Source of the DNA: Haliotis rubra
Taxonomy: Eukaryota
Direction of reading: 5' to 3'
DNA length: 64,000 bases
NCBI RefSeq assembly: GCF_003918875.1
Contig: NW_025767265.1
Coordinates: 124,001 to 188,000 of the forward strand
In this document: piece after piece, positions 48,246 to 60,365 of the stretch
Layout: every line of letters begins with the position of its first letter
Position numbering within the stretch: position 1 is the first letter of the stretch
Program-made: the position numbers and the translations under genes
The notes under the pieces: generated by a model
Databases searched by the model: none
What the model was told of the DNA's origin: nothing
Seen by the model: the letters and a program-made list of their open reading frames with translations, nothing else

Positions 48246-51200
48246 ATTTCATTTAACAAATGTATCGATGAACACATCATTAAGGTAGAAATGCATCCCT
48301 AAGACATTTTAAAAAGTACAACAAATTCATTAGTTGGATTTGCTCTTATTCTCCTCACTGAGAGATAGAACATCTTACGATAAAACAACCAAGGGATGAT
48401 TCACTGAATCCGGCATTTGTCACATGACGACGCACATGAGTCCATGGTCACATGTACTTTTTAACGAATCAAAACAAAGTATTGGAACAAGTGATCAGAA
48501 TCAGGTCATACCGAGTCGGCCATTACGTTATGGAAACCTGAAAGAACTGTTGTTTAACTTGACACGATCTTTTTAAGAACCAATCTTTCATAACACAGTT
48601 TGTATGATGGAATCTATGGGTACGTAATTTTATTTCATTGGTCATTAAAATAGATGATTGATCGAATAAAGTCAAAAGGAAGAAATGTAATCTTAACCCC
48701 ATGACGACTTTGAAACCTTGTTGAAACTTTGGGCACAAAAGAAGCACATTTGTTGATATACCCATAAAGAGTTCTGTGTTATGCTTCAATCAGTATTTCC
48801 ACATTCTCTTCCCACAGAGGTTACTCCTGTCATATCTTCCTACGTATACGTAACCTCTGTTCTAATACGGCCCTTTCATGGTGTGAGCGTTCAAGACTCG
48901 TGATTGGAGGCAATCAGATTTAGTTGTGCAATCAGCGACGTTGTTTCAAAAGTGATCATTCGCAAGGCCTCGGTAATTTCCGTATGCTTCGAGAAAACTA
49001 AACCTCTTCCCCTGCGCGATGCGCAAACGTTTCTTCTAGACAGAACTCAGTCATGTTATGGCGGATCAGTTGCGTCTCCATCGCCCTCGTTGACAACGGA
49101 CAAGCTAGCCATTAAACGTCTTGTGTGTAATATCAACACAAGTCCCCGGCAGATGGGGGATATTTGTGGCCCCACATTTGCTTGTGTTAGTCAAGTTGAA
49201 TCTAAGTCGATGTAACACGTGTTCTGATTGGATAGAAAGAAGGGAAATAATTCGTGTTGCGATCTTTTGCCGCTAGGGGATTTTACGAGAACCGGGAAAT
49301 ATGGCCGTATTAGAACAGAGGTTCGTAGGAAGATATGACAAGTAACCTCTGTGGGAAGAGAAAGTATTTCCAAGGTTTCAGTGAAATTATTTTTTACAAG
49401 TACATGTTCTCTTTTGAGTGCTGACAAAGTTCGATTACAGTTCATTGCTGGGATATAATTTTGCCAATTTAGAAATTTTCGAAACAGAATACCAAACTTC
49501 AGTTATATCATAAATTCAAGTGTTACGCGTTGATTCCCAAGTTGAAACTAAAAGGTTAACCGGGAATGGGTCCGTAAAAGAACTTACTGTGAAACTAACA
49601 AACAACGTTGCAATGTGATATAATTAACCATTGCATTCTAAAACTAACTAAATTTACAAATTAATACATTAGTGACACTACAAAGTAGAGTGGCTGTACA
49701 AATTAAAAGAATACTACAAAAACAGTGATTGTAGCAAAAAAAGGCATATATTCCCCACCTGCAACAATGGTGAAGTTTCCAAATAGACTAGGTAAGGTAA
49801 GAATAATCCCAACCCAATGGCTGTATTTCTTGTAACGAGCTGTGATGTGAAATGAGAGGCAGGGGTTAAAGCTCCCTTTATATACTCAAGAAAAAGACTC
49901 TGATCTGGAAGATTGTCCAACTCCCTTGGTCAACTCCCAGGAAAGCCCATACCAGTGTAGCTCCATGCTAAATATAACACATCACATTCCATATGGTTCT
50001 AGAAATGACATTGTTGCTTCTATTTCACTCACAGTATCCATTTTGGGAACTGAACTCCGGTCTTCCGTGTGACAAGCACGCGTTTTATTTAACCACAAGG
50101 TTACTCACTGCCCTGCTGTGAAAGAGACATCCTCGATGTGTTTCAACAATATTCATTACACACGCTGCGGTTCCATGCCATGATACATATCACGCACATG
50201 GTGACTATCTGGCGTCATGCTGACTCATGTAAATATAGCTGATATCAAGACGATTATAATAGCCTACGTAAACAAATATTACTTTTTACAACTGAATCGC
50301 GTTGTTATTTTCATGGAAACTTTCCACTTCAAGTGAAACTTTATAAAGTTTAAATTATACCCATGTCACAATTATTTTCAGACTTAATGTGATCACCTCA
50401 GTGGGGTCACTGGTTGTACCTGTGCATGTCCTTGATTGCCCGACCAGAGACACGATCAACAAGTGAATTAATTCTGATTATGACTTACAAATGTCTCAGG
50501 TTTAGATCAGTACAGACCAAATATGTAAAATAGTGGCTATCAACAATTATTTCCGTGAACAAAGTTAGCGGCGACTAAACTTAGTGAGTTCACGGCATGA
50601 GTTGGAGCGAGTCGATTGTCATACAGTAGGGGCAATCAATAATTCGCTTGAGAAAAATCAAATAATTCTACTTGCTCAAAGTGTAAGCTGTAGTTTTGTA
50701 TCTATGTATGCTACTTGTAACAAATACAAGCATACTGGTTCCTGAAATAAAGCATTTATGTTGTTGAAAATGTCTTATTTTGTTCATTACACAACCAGTC
50801 ACTCAATTGGAAAATTCCAAGAGATTTCCAGGAAAAAGGTCCCTTCACGTCTTGTGTTCAAACTACAAAACTAAATTGTATTGGGGTCATTATCGCTTCA
50901 ATTTTCTCAAAAACCCGGTGGGCATTATACTTCAAAGGTTAAGCCACTTCCTCTCAAATGATAATCCATTTTCTTCAAATTGGGGCAACTTCTATAACCC
51001 GCCTGCAAACATCTACATCTACATGTTTGCGAACACTAGAAATCTACTCAGTTGCATGCATTTTCTGCAAATGATACAAATTGACAAATAACACGACATG
51101 CAAATGTCCACCACTCGAACCCACGTCATCACATTCTGACATGCACTGGATAACGTTTCCGCAGTTATACAAGAGTTACCTCCCTTAGACTGCGGACCCC

Positions 51201-51999
51201 CATTGGGAGTATGAAGAAACGGAGGGGATGCATCATGGACGACAGAGTACAGAAACTGCCGCCGTGGATACCAGAGAGGGACACTTCTAGGTGTGTGCAT
51301 CAAATATGTGTGTGTTGATAATGGTTCTAGGTTCAAGGAGGTCTTTCACTCGAAATCCAAGTCAAAATTTGGATTTCGAGAAAAACTGGTGTATCTGTTA
51401 CTCAAGTCATGCCCGATAATGGTGCCATTGTTGTGTATGATGCTGAGGGGTGTAATTTTAAAAAGAAACAATATGTGTCAGAACTATTTTAAAGTTTACA
51501 TACGCTGTAAAATATTCCGGCCCAATATTCCAATTCAATAGTTATAATTTCGATGCCGAAATTAGTATTGAGTTGCTAGTTCCACATCTCGATGTGACAA
51601 AACGGTTTGAACACACTGAATGTTGTTGTTCCCCATTATTGTGATTAGATCATCAGTGAGGTCGCTCCAATCCACTGGGGCTTGTCGTGCCGAAAATAGC
51701 ATCAAGGTAAAGATTATCGCTTTCAGAGTCATGGCGATGTAAATATATAGTGCCAAGACCCAAGTAATGGCAAGATATAGATCTAGATCTACCTTGATGC
51801 TATTTATGGTATCATGGTTTACAGGAAGTATAGACAAGGCTGAATACAGGGCAGTTTCCTGCCGGTATTTGTCTCAGTCAGACCATATTTAGTAAATCCT
51901 CTCTATATTTATGAAGGTTCTGGGTTCATTTGATTAAACAGCGAGAATCCCACTAGAGGAAGAGTATAGACAGCACTAGATACTGACACTTGCATCCAG

Positions 52000-52474
52000 T
52001 AGCACTGCACCGTATCACCGGTATATGTCAATACGCTTTTCAACCGATATATATTGCAAAAATATTTTTTTCTCAGAGCCGGTATTGGGTAAATAACTTA
52101 TGAAGTTTTTGTGATTATCTTTGTGGTTTAAATTATAATATACTATACTACTTAAATTATAATAGACTTTCAGTTTCATTCACAACAAATGTTTTTCTTC
52201 GTTATTCAATGACAAAATGTCATACTGTAATACTATAAATGGTATAAGAAAGAAAATTGAATCCCTATGCAACCTAATTTTGAGATTTGCTGTTATCAGA
52301 ACCATAACATATATGTTTAGGGACTTATAATGTAGAAAATAGGATTGACATGCACAATTAATGTCACTCACTGTCAAACACTTAAGCCAGCAATGTATAG
52401 CAATAATTATCGCAATACAGGTACCTGAATCGCAGTATATTGCAATACAATTTCTTTGCCAATATACAGCCGTA
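52000..52474. mobile_element. hAT-type MITE
   Basis: Perfect 8-bp TSD GCATCCAG; degenerate termini starting TAG. Confidence 0.6.
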
Positions 52475-53451
52475 GCATCCAGTAAATGACTCCTTCAGAA
52501 GGCATTTAGAAGGCGATGTCATGGAGATATTTCTGTGGATATGATGCAATATTTGCAATATAGAACAAGTTTTATGGATAACAACTTTATTTTAAATTGA
52601 TGATTGTGTTGATTTTACCGTTGTACTTGATATAGTGTAGGAGCTGTATGTATATGCTTGAAACAACTGACAATTGCAGCATAGTTCCAAATGGTTGTAA
52701 GTTGAAGAAGCCAGTGAGTACACAAAGGATAGTTGGAAGCCAGAGATGTAGTTACAATGAGATGAAGTTTATCTGGGCTTTGGAGATTTGGACTTGTTTA
52801 GTATACCCATGCTTGACTGAGCAGCTTAGTTCCAAAATGTTGTGATCAGAAGGAAGTTCCCCATGAAGATCTGGGTTAGATTTGGTCATGCTTGCTCGCT
52901 GATGGTTGAACATGTCATCGTATCCCAACTGCGTATATCGATGCTCATGATTGTCTTGTTCAGACTCAAATATTTACAGACCACAGCCATATAGCTGGAA
53001 TATTGCTGAGTGTGGCGTTGAAACAACGAACAACAAAAACAAGGAGGTTTTATATCCATAGAATTATCTCCCCTGTTGATCCTCCCGACATCACAATGCC
53101 ATTAGCAGATGGAACATGATGTAGTTGCAGGGATGTTCAAATACATGTACCAAAATTTCCCACTAGCCGAAGGGCAAGTAAACTGTAAACTTCATCTTGT
53201 CCTGTCTGATTTCCCGCTCGCCCTGTTAATCAGAGAGTAGAAAGGTGTACGCACACAAGCTAAGTTCGAACCTAACCAAGAATATTGATACTTTCATTTC
53301 CATTTGTTTCAAATGTTTTAGACCAGATATTTCAATTGAACCAGAAATATAAGTATATGATGTGTTATCTTCAGACTTTCCCCCTTGCCCAACAATGTAT
53401 TTTCAAGGGTTAGGAAAGTCATGCATACAAATTGTACGTGCCAGTACATCG

Positions 53452-53603
53452 ACGGGGTAGCCAAGTGGTTAAAGCATTCGCTCTACACACCTAACATCCA
53501 GGTTTGATTGCCCGCACAGGTACAGTGTGTGAAATCCATTTCCGGTGTCCACCCGCTGTGATGTTGCTGGAATATTGCTAAAAGCGGCATTAAAACTCCA
53601 CTC
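53452..53603 (+). mobile_element. SINE family A
   Basis: Same head, core and tail as 34177-34345. Confidence 0.85.
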
Positions 53604-53743
53604 CTTCTCTCTCTTTCTCTCTAGTTATTTACCATGTTTAACCAGATTTGTTTTATTTATTGCAGGTACCCCTCATCATGGTGTAAAGTCTAAAAATGTC
53701 CATTCTGTGGGATTAAGTACCAGCAGTTATCCAACAACCAATC

Positions 53744-54580
53744 ATGGTTGAGATCAGCTTGATAACGGCCAGCGCCTATTACGCCTTGACCGCGCTGTGG
53801 TGGCTCATCCAAGTGACAAAACATTACCACTTCATGAAACAGCGACACTGTGATTACTTCAGCTCGGTTACCTACCCTTGCTGTGCCTGGGACAAGAAAC
53901 ACCCAGTAGAGGGCGTTTTCAAAGTGATTTCTAGTCTTGCTATTGCAATCAGTTTATTTTCCTTCAGTGGTGCTACCAAAGTACAGTTTTTGACTAACAG
54001 AGAAATTGCAACAATGTTCATGTTCTTCATGATATCGGGTGTGATGGACATAATGGCGCGATGGAGTGGGAAGACATTCTACCAGCAACTGGATTATGTG
54101 GCTCTCATGTTATTTTTCGCCATCCAGTCAGTCGTTTTCGTGTCACGGTCACAGTTCTCGGAGGAGCCATTGACGATGTTGTACTCACTCATGTTGTACA
54201 CCTCAGTCGCCACTCTTGCCGCAACTGCCATGGAGATGAGGTACAGGGATCAGGTGCTGTGTTCGGTCATGCGGAGTTATCTCCTCCTGACTCAAGGGAC
54301 ATGGGGTTTACAGGTGGCGTTTCTGGTGGAGGACAAATCTCTCATGGTCAACACTGACACGGATGATATCTTATTGACGGCCATGTATTTCACGTGGCAT
54401 TGTGGAATCAATTTTTTCCTTGTGTTATCAATTTGGTTAATTATGTTCAAGATGTTGCAGAAACAGCTTTGTTGCTGCGTTGCCATGGACACAGCTGCCG
54501 GACAAGACACCATCTACCTGGAAAACAGGGTGCATTTTGATTATCATGTTTTAGATAGATTCGAATCTGATGTTGAGTAA
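53744..54580 (+). CDS. TMEM45: TMEM45/DUF716-family multi-pass membrane protein (278 aa), single coding exon
   Basis: Family motifs TMFMFFMISGVMDI, RSYLLLTQGTWGLQVAF, AMYFTWH and an acidic SDVE end. About 7 hydrophobic segments. Splice acceptor TTTATTGCAG at 53665. Confidence 0.85.
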   Translation: MVEISLITASAYYALTALWWLIQVTKHYHFMKQRHCDYFSSVTYPCCAWDKKHPVEGVFKVISSLAIAISLFSFSGATKVQFLTNREIATMFMFFMISGVMDIMARWSGKTFYQQLDYVALMLFFAIQSVVFVSRSQFSEEPLTMLYSLMLYTSVATLAATAMEMRYRDQVLCSVMRSYLLLTQGTWGLQVAFLVEDKSLMVNTDTDDILLTAMYFTWHCGINFFLVLSIWLIMFKMLQKQLCCCVAMDTAAGQDTIYLENRVHFDYHVLDRFESDVE

Positions 54581-55056
54581 AATATCACACAGAATGACGG
54601 GGTAAAGCAGATGATGGTTGATACGCCAGATATCACACCTTCAAGATGGTGCTAACTTGGAAATAGTGTAATAATCGTTGTACATCTGTACATTGACAGC
54701 ACTGTGAAAATTTCACAGACATATCTTTTTCTAAGTTCCAATTTTTAGAATCGTCCATTAATATCAGTTCTACGACTGTATGTTTTGACACTGGACTTGG
54801 AGTAATGTAATCATTACAGATGTGTTGCCCGGAGAGGACATGATATAGTTCATTTATAATCAAGACTTTCTTTTTTGTCCCCTAGTTAATAAGCAATGCA
54901 GGCCAAACATGGATTTATGTGGACACTTGAGATACTTTTAAAACCTACTTATATATATATTTATATGAGTTTTTTCTTGCCAGTGCAGTTGTCATAATGA
55001 CAGCTGTTCCACCATCACTCATTCTTCCAGATCGTTGTAAGTTATAAAGACATCAG

Positions 55057-55470
55057 TAGTGTAGGGAATCGGAAATCAAATCCACTATCGATTATCGGAG
55101 TACTTGTGGTGAACGATTATCGAATATAATCAAAATATATACATTTTTAATGTAATCACCAATTTTAAAGGTTTTTCCCCAGTTTTTTTCTAATTAATGT
55201 TTTTTTATAACTAATACTGTCATGCAATGAAATGCACGCATGCAAGAAAGACACTGGAATTGTAATTCAACAATAAAAGTGGTTAAACTTTTACAATGCG
55301 CATAGCTTTACGCTGTTGAGCGCATGTTTGTTCGTGAATATTCATCAAATTATATGGTTAGTATACTTTAATCAAGGGTGTTATACAAAATATTTTTTTA
55401 CAATCGATAATCATTTTTAATCCTTCTTTCGATCGATTTTTTATTTTCTTCGATCATTGGAACACCACTA
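55057..55470. mobile_element. hAT-type MITE
   Basis: TAGTG...CACTA termini; 8-bp TSD GACATCAG/GAGATCAG. Confidence 0.6.
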
Positions 55471-55924
55471 GAGATCAGTAAGGGAGATCAGAGATCTGAG
55501 ACCTGTCAATATTTACGTAGTTCAGTAAGTTGTGTGTCTACCAAGTTCATGGAAATTGTTGATTTGCTCAGTTGTTAACTTCAGTAAGGGAAGGGCTCAA
55601 GCTTTGAAAATAGAGGAGGGGACTGCTGGGAAATCCCAGTATTGATATAAATAGAATGATGGTGAAAGGCCAATCAAAAGTCTTCATATAAAAAAACTTG
55701 ATCCCAAAGCATTATCACTGAATATCTTAGTTAATGGTTTTACATATCTTTATCAAATGTATACAATGTAAAGACAATGAGGAACTTCCAGTATTGTCTG
55801 GGGACAATATGTGCTTTCAATTGTAGTGCCAGAAAGTAATTATTCTGAGAGTGCGTAGCTAAGCTGATTGGTGGTCAGAGGTGCTTCCACTTCACACTGG
55901 ATCTCACATGCTTAGATATTGCAG

Positions 55925-56048
55925 TCACTGAAGGTCCGGGTTTGATTCCCCACATGGGTACAATGTGTGAAGCCCATTTCTGGTGTCCCCACCATGATAT
56001 TGCTGGAATGATGCATAAAGCGGCATAAAACCCAACTCACTCGCTCAC
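55925..56048 (+). mobile_element. SINE family A, 5'-truncated
   Basis: B-box, core and ACTC tail present. Confidence 0.85.
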
Positions 56049-59000
56049 TGGACACAGTGCTGCCAAGTAGAGTGAGTTATGATGCTTCCAACAAAACACT
56101 ATTATTACCAAGTGGATTTTTAAATTTTTAAAAATATGTTACACAGTGGAATAGAAAATAATAATGGCCTTACAAGGGGTACGTGTCATGAGCCTAATCC
56201 GCCATGGCCTCTGTGTAAGAATTGTCACGATGCTAATGTTCTGAGGTTAGTTTCTCTCTGTGAGGTCACATATCTGAACAATAACAGATACATGCATTTG
56301 TTTCTTTATATGGCAACTTCTCTCAGGTTTTGCCAAGCATTTATTGAAAGAGATATTGTCAGATGGACCCCACTTCATGAGTTTTTTTAGCAGTCAAGGC
56401 ATGTTAGGTGTTCAAAAATGGAATTCTTGCAGCAGAAATTAACTTACTTTGAAGATATTCACACATGTTTTCCTCTTTCAATCTTTTTTTTAATTCTATT
56501 GTTGCAATAATACATGTCCTTGCTGCTGAGAGGTTGGGTATGTGATCTGGCAATCGTACCAAATGCCTCCATTGTCTATGAAGGTGCAACCATTGCGGTA
56601 TTGGCTGCCACACAGTTTTATACCCTAGCTACACTCCTGTCTTGTCTGAAACTGTTTGTGTCAAGTATTTATCTGGTGATCCTGCTATGTTAGAGATTGC
56701 AACTTGTCCTGGCCACCTGAAAACATAAAAAGATTGTTCTTTATAATAATATTACATTACCATTGTGATCGGTATATATACCATTAACTTAAAATGAGGT
56801 AGATGGAATCTTGTGGTTTGAATAGGATAACATGAAATGTTAACAATCAGTCACCCTTCTTGCTTTCTCTGTATATTCCACTCCACTATTGGTATTTTTG
56901 TTACATCTCCAGGATACACAAAACCAATCCTCTTATGTCAGGTGCATATCATAAAATGTCATGTGGTTATCTAAGCTGTGTATCACAAAAACATGTTTTG
57001 TATGGAGAGGGGTGTTTTATGGTAAAAGTATTACAGATTTCAAATATGTCCTTCATTAGGATTTGTCAAGGTCATCATCTTATTTATTGAACTTTTTTAT
57101 GGCTTTTACGATTATTGAATCTTTAGACAATGTTACAAAAATGGTGTCTCTTTTAATTGTATTTCATTCCATCCTGTGTTTCTAGTCTTTTATTGAGTGT
57201 GTTTCATGGTGGGGAAACAGTCACACAAACTGTTCTGCCTGTACCATTCCTGTTCATTAGCAGATACACAGTTATTGGTGATTGGTGATTGGTAGTGCAG
57301 TAGGCTAGTGGTTAAAGCATTCGCTGGTCACACCGTTTCGCCACATCGGAAAATGTCATCTAGACCAGTCTATACAGGATCCGGCTGTATAGTGTCGCAA
57401 TATATGTGCTTTCTTAATGCTCAGAGCTGAACAATCTTCAAGTTTTTTAGCTCCACCCCCTTTCTTTTTTGACTTTTATATCAGAACATATCTTTCTAAT
57501 TATAGTGCTGTCCATTTTAATTCATCAGTAGCTTTCAGATTGTGTCAAATAATATGAATGTTAAGTCCATATGTCCAAGCATTTACATATATCATCCCTG
57601 TGTCAAATGAAAATGAATTTACAAACTGTAGATTGTTTTATCAAATTATGTACTGTTGACAAATTTAGTGATGCCAAAATATACCATGTACTTCCATAGT
57701 ATGTATTTACATTTAAAATTGTTGAATTGAGTTTGTAGAAATGCTAAATGATTGTTTCTCTTGGGTGTATTCCAATGAATAATTTGCAGCATTATCCTAG
57801 GTAAGCCCATCTTCCAAGATATTGATAATATTGATCCTGCCCAACATTGTATTTTCGGAGGATGGTATTTCACCAAAATGCTGGGCAGGATGACTTGCTG
57901 GATATGCTGAGTGTTATGAAGAATAATGTGATGTGGGGCAAGGTTTTTAGTTCTACCTGACAAAGTATTTATATTTTGAGCTTCACGTCTCAAAAGAACA
58001 TGGAAACAGTTGTCTCAAAATCTTTTTCTCTGTTTTTATGTTATGTATGGTCTGCTGTGGTGAAATAATGATATGATATTCACCTGCGGGCTCCATTACT
58101 CCACTTGAAATGCTGTATACCCTGGACCATATACTGTCCTGGACTATAAACTGTCGTAACTCCTGAACGTATGCATGCCCTGCCATCAGTCGGGCCTGGG
58201 TACCATTATGGAGTGTTGGGCGTCATCTCCAATCAGCGCTGTATTGATCAGTATTGTTTTCTGGCATAATGATTGCCCCCTCAAGAGGATTACATGAACA
58301 ATGTGGTTGCCTTTGATGTTTTGACCTTCTGAGAGGCCTGGCATTATGTCATCATAGCATGTTTTCTGGTCTTGCACAATGTGGGTTTAGACAGGGGTTG
58401 ATGTACCTTGCAAAGATTCATTGTTATTTGTGAAAGTATTTGCTATCAGCAGCTGTTTCAAGAGCTTTCAGAACTGTTACATTTCACCTGATTAAACATG
58501 TCATTAAGACTCTTGTTCTCCAGGCTTAGTGGCAATACCGGAGACCCTTTTGATGTATGTGTGTACGTAAAACAAATTTGGCTGTAACTAATTGAAAAGA
58601 ACATGCCTGTATGGGTTGTTTGTCACAGGAAAAAATATGCCACTTTGAAAATAGCAAATAATTGTTACTTTCTTCTGTATCTGTGTTACCATGGTTACAG
58701 AATGTGATACAGTCTGATGTTTATATGATCAGTGCTCTAGTCAGGGCTTACAAGGTATACTAGATATACTAGATATTATGCTGTTTTGTATATTTTCCAT
58801 TGTGCAATTTTGTGTTGCCTCAATGATCATTAGATGATTCTGTATAAACTACTGACACAAAGTTAAGGAACGCCTGATTTCTCAATATGACTTTCGGTAA
58901 TCTATTGTGGCTGTTAAGTAGCCATGACTCACTAATGTTTTATGAAGAAATCAGGGTTTTTTTAAGTTGTTTTGAGTAGTATACATGTGTTCATGTTTCC

Positions 59001-59732
59001 CAGAGTGATTGTAGAGATGCCAACCTCTGATTTTATCAGTCCCTACAAATCTTAGCCTCAAACTATGCCAATACAATTGCACTAGAAATTCTACAAAAAA
59101 TTTGAAGAAAATTCATTAAAATTTGTATATATAAATAGACAAAAACATTCATTTTCGCCAAAAGAGACAAGAAGAAATGTAATGCTGATGATTTGGAAAT
59201 CTGAAGTGTGAAATTAAAGCTCTTGATTAGTGTCATATTATCTTTCTCAGAATCCATCATGGTTTTAAATATTTAGTTGACAACTAATTTTATGGTCAAA
59301 CTACTAATTTTGATCCTTGAAACTACTATTTGCAACACTTTGGGTGGCATCTCTGCGATTGTAGATGTACGATAGTAAGTCTGTGTGAAACTGTTGACGC
59401 TATGACTAAAGGTGCTACGATGGTGTTGTGAAACCCGGGCGAGGGGACCTGTCTCCATCAGGGTGTGGTATGCTGTGGGTGGAGTTGAACTGTATATGTG
59501 ATACAACCACGATATTTCAGGTGCATTACAATAACTAGAGCTGATGTTATGTCTGCTATTCATACATGCTGGTCGCCAGGTTCTCATCCAGGAATGTTTA
59601 GTGGCCATCTTTGTTTCACCAGTCAGGGTCAGACTTTGAGGTTTTGTGGCTCAGTTTCTGTAACTCTTTGTAAAGCATTTCAGAACTGTTTTAAAACATA
59701 TTGTCATGTTAGTGCCCTTTATGTCATCACAG

Positions 59733-59894
59733 GGTGCAGTAGGGTAGCCAAGTGGTTAAAGTGTTCGCTTGTCACACCAAATACCCGGGTTCGATTCCCC
59801 ACATGGGCACAATGTGTGAAGCAATTTCTGATGTTCCCCGCTGTGATATTGCTCGAATATTGCTTAAAGCGGTGTTAAACTAAACTCACTCACT
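59733..59894 (+). mobile_element. SINE family A
   Basis: A-box, B-box GGTTCGATTCC, core and ACTC tail. Confidence 0.88.
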
Positions 59895-60365
59895 AACTTG
59901 GTCTTCGCAGAAATTTGAACTCAGCTTCCAAGAGACATAGATAGTTATGAATAGCCAAGGTTGTTGTATCTATTTCATTCTGTAAAACAACAGCTATAGC
60001 TGGGATCAGTGAAGTACTAACAGATCAGAGACAACACATGGTACACAGGACACGCAACATCAGGTGGGCATTCACTCACATTGCCCAAGTTCATGAAAAA
60101 TCAGGTGTTGAAATTGAAACTCCACATTTTAAGAAAGCACCCACCCACCCCGTTGTCTCTAAGCACTGTTCCCCTTTCATTCATGCATTAGGAAACAGAC
60201 TGAGGATAAACTGAATGGGTTTGTGACAACAAACATACATTTTGGTTATGTTAATGGTAGTATATTGTACTTTTGCCAAACTAAAGAATGCCTTGTATAT
60301 TTGTTATGACCATTATTTTTTACGAATAACTTCGGTCAATATAAAATATAGTGAATCAGTATTAA

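Noticed and set aside
48031-48252. KSENGPV repeat ORF
   Set aside because: Translation of the 21-bp minisatellite.
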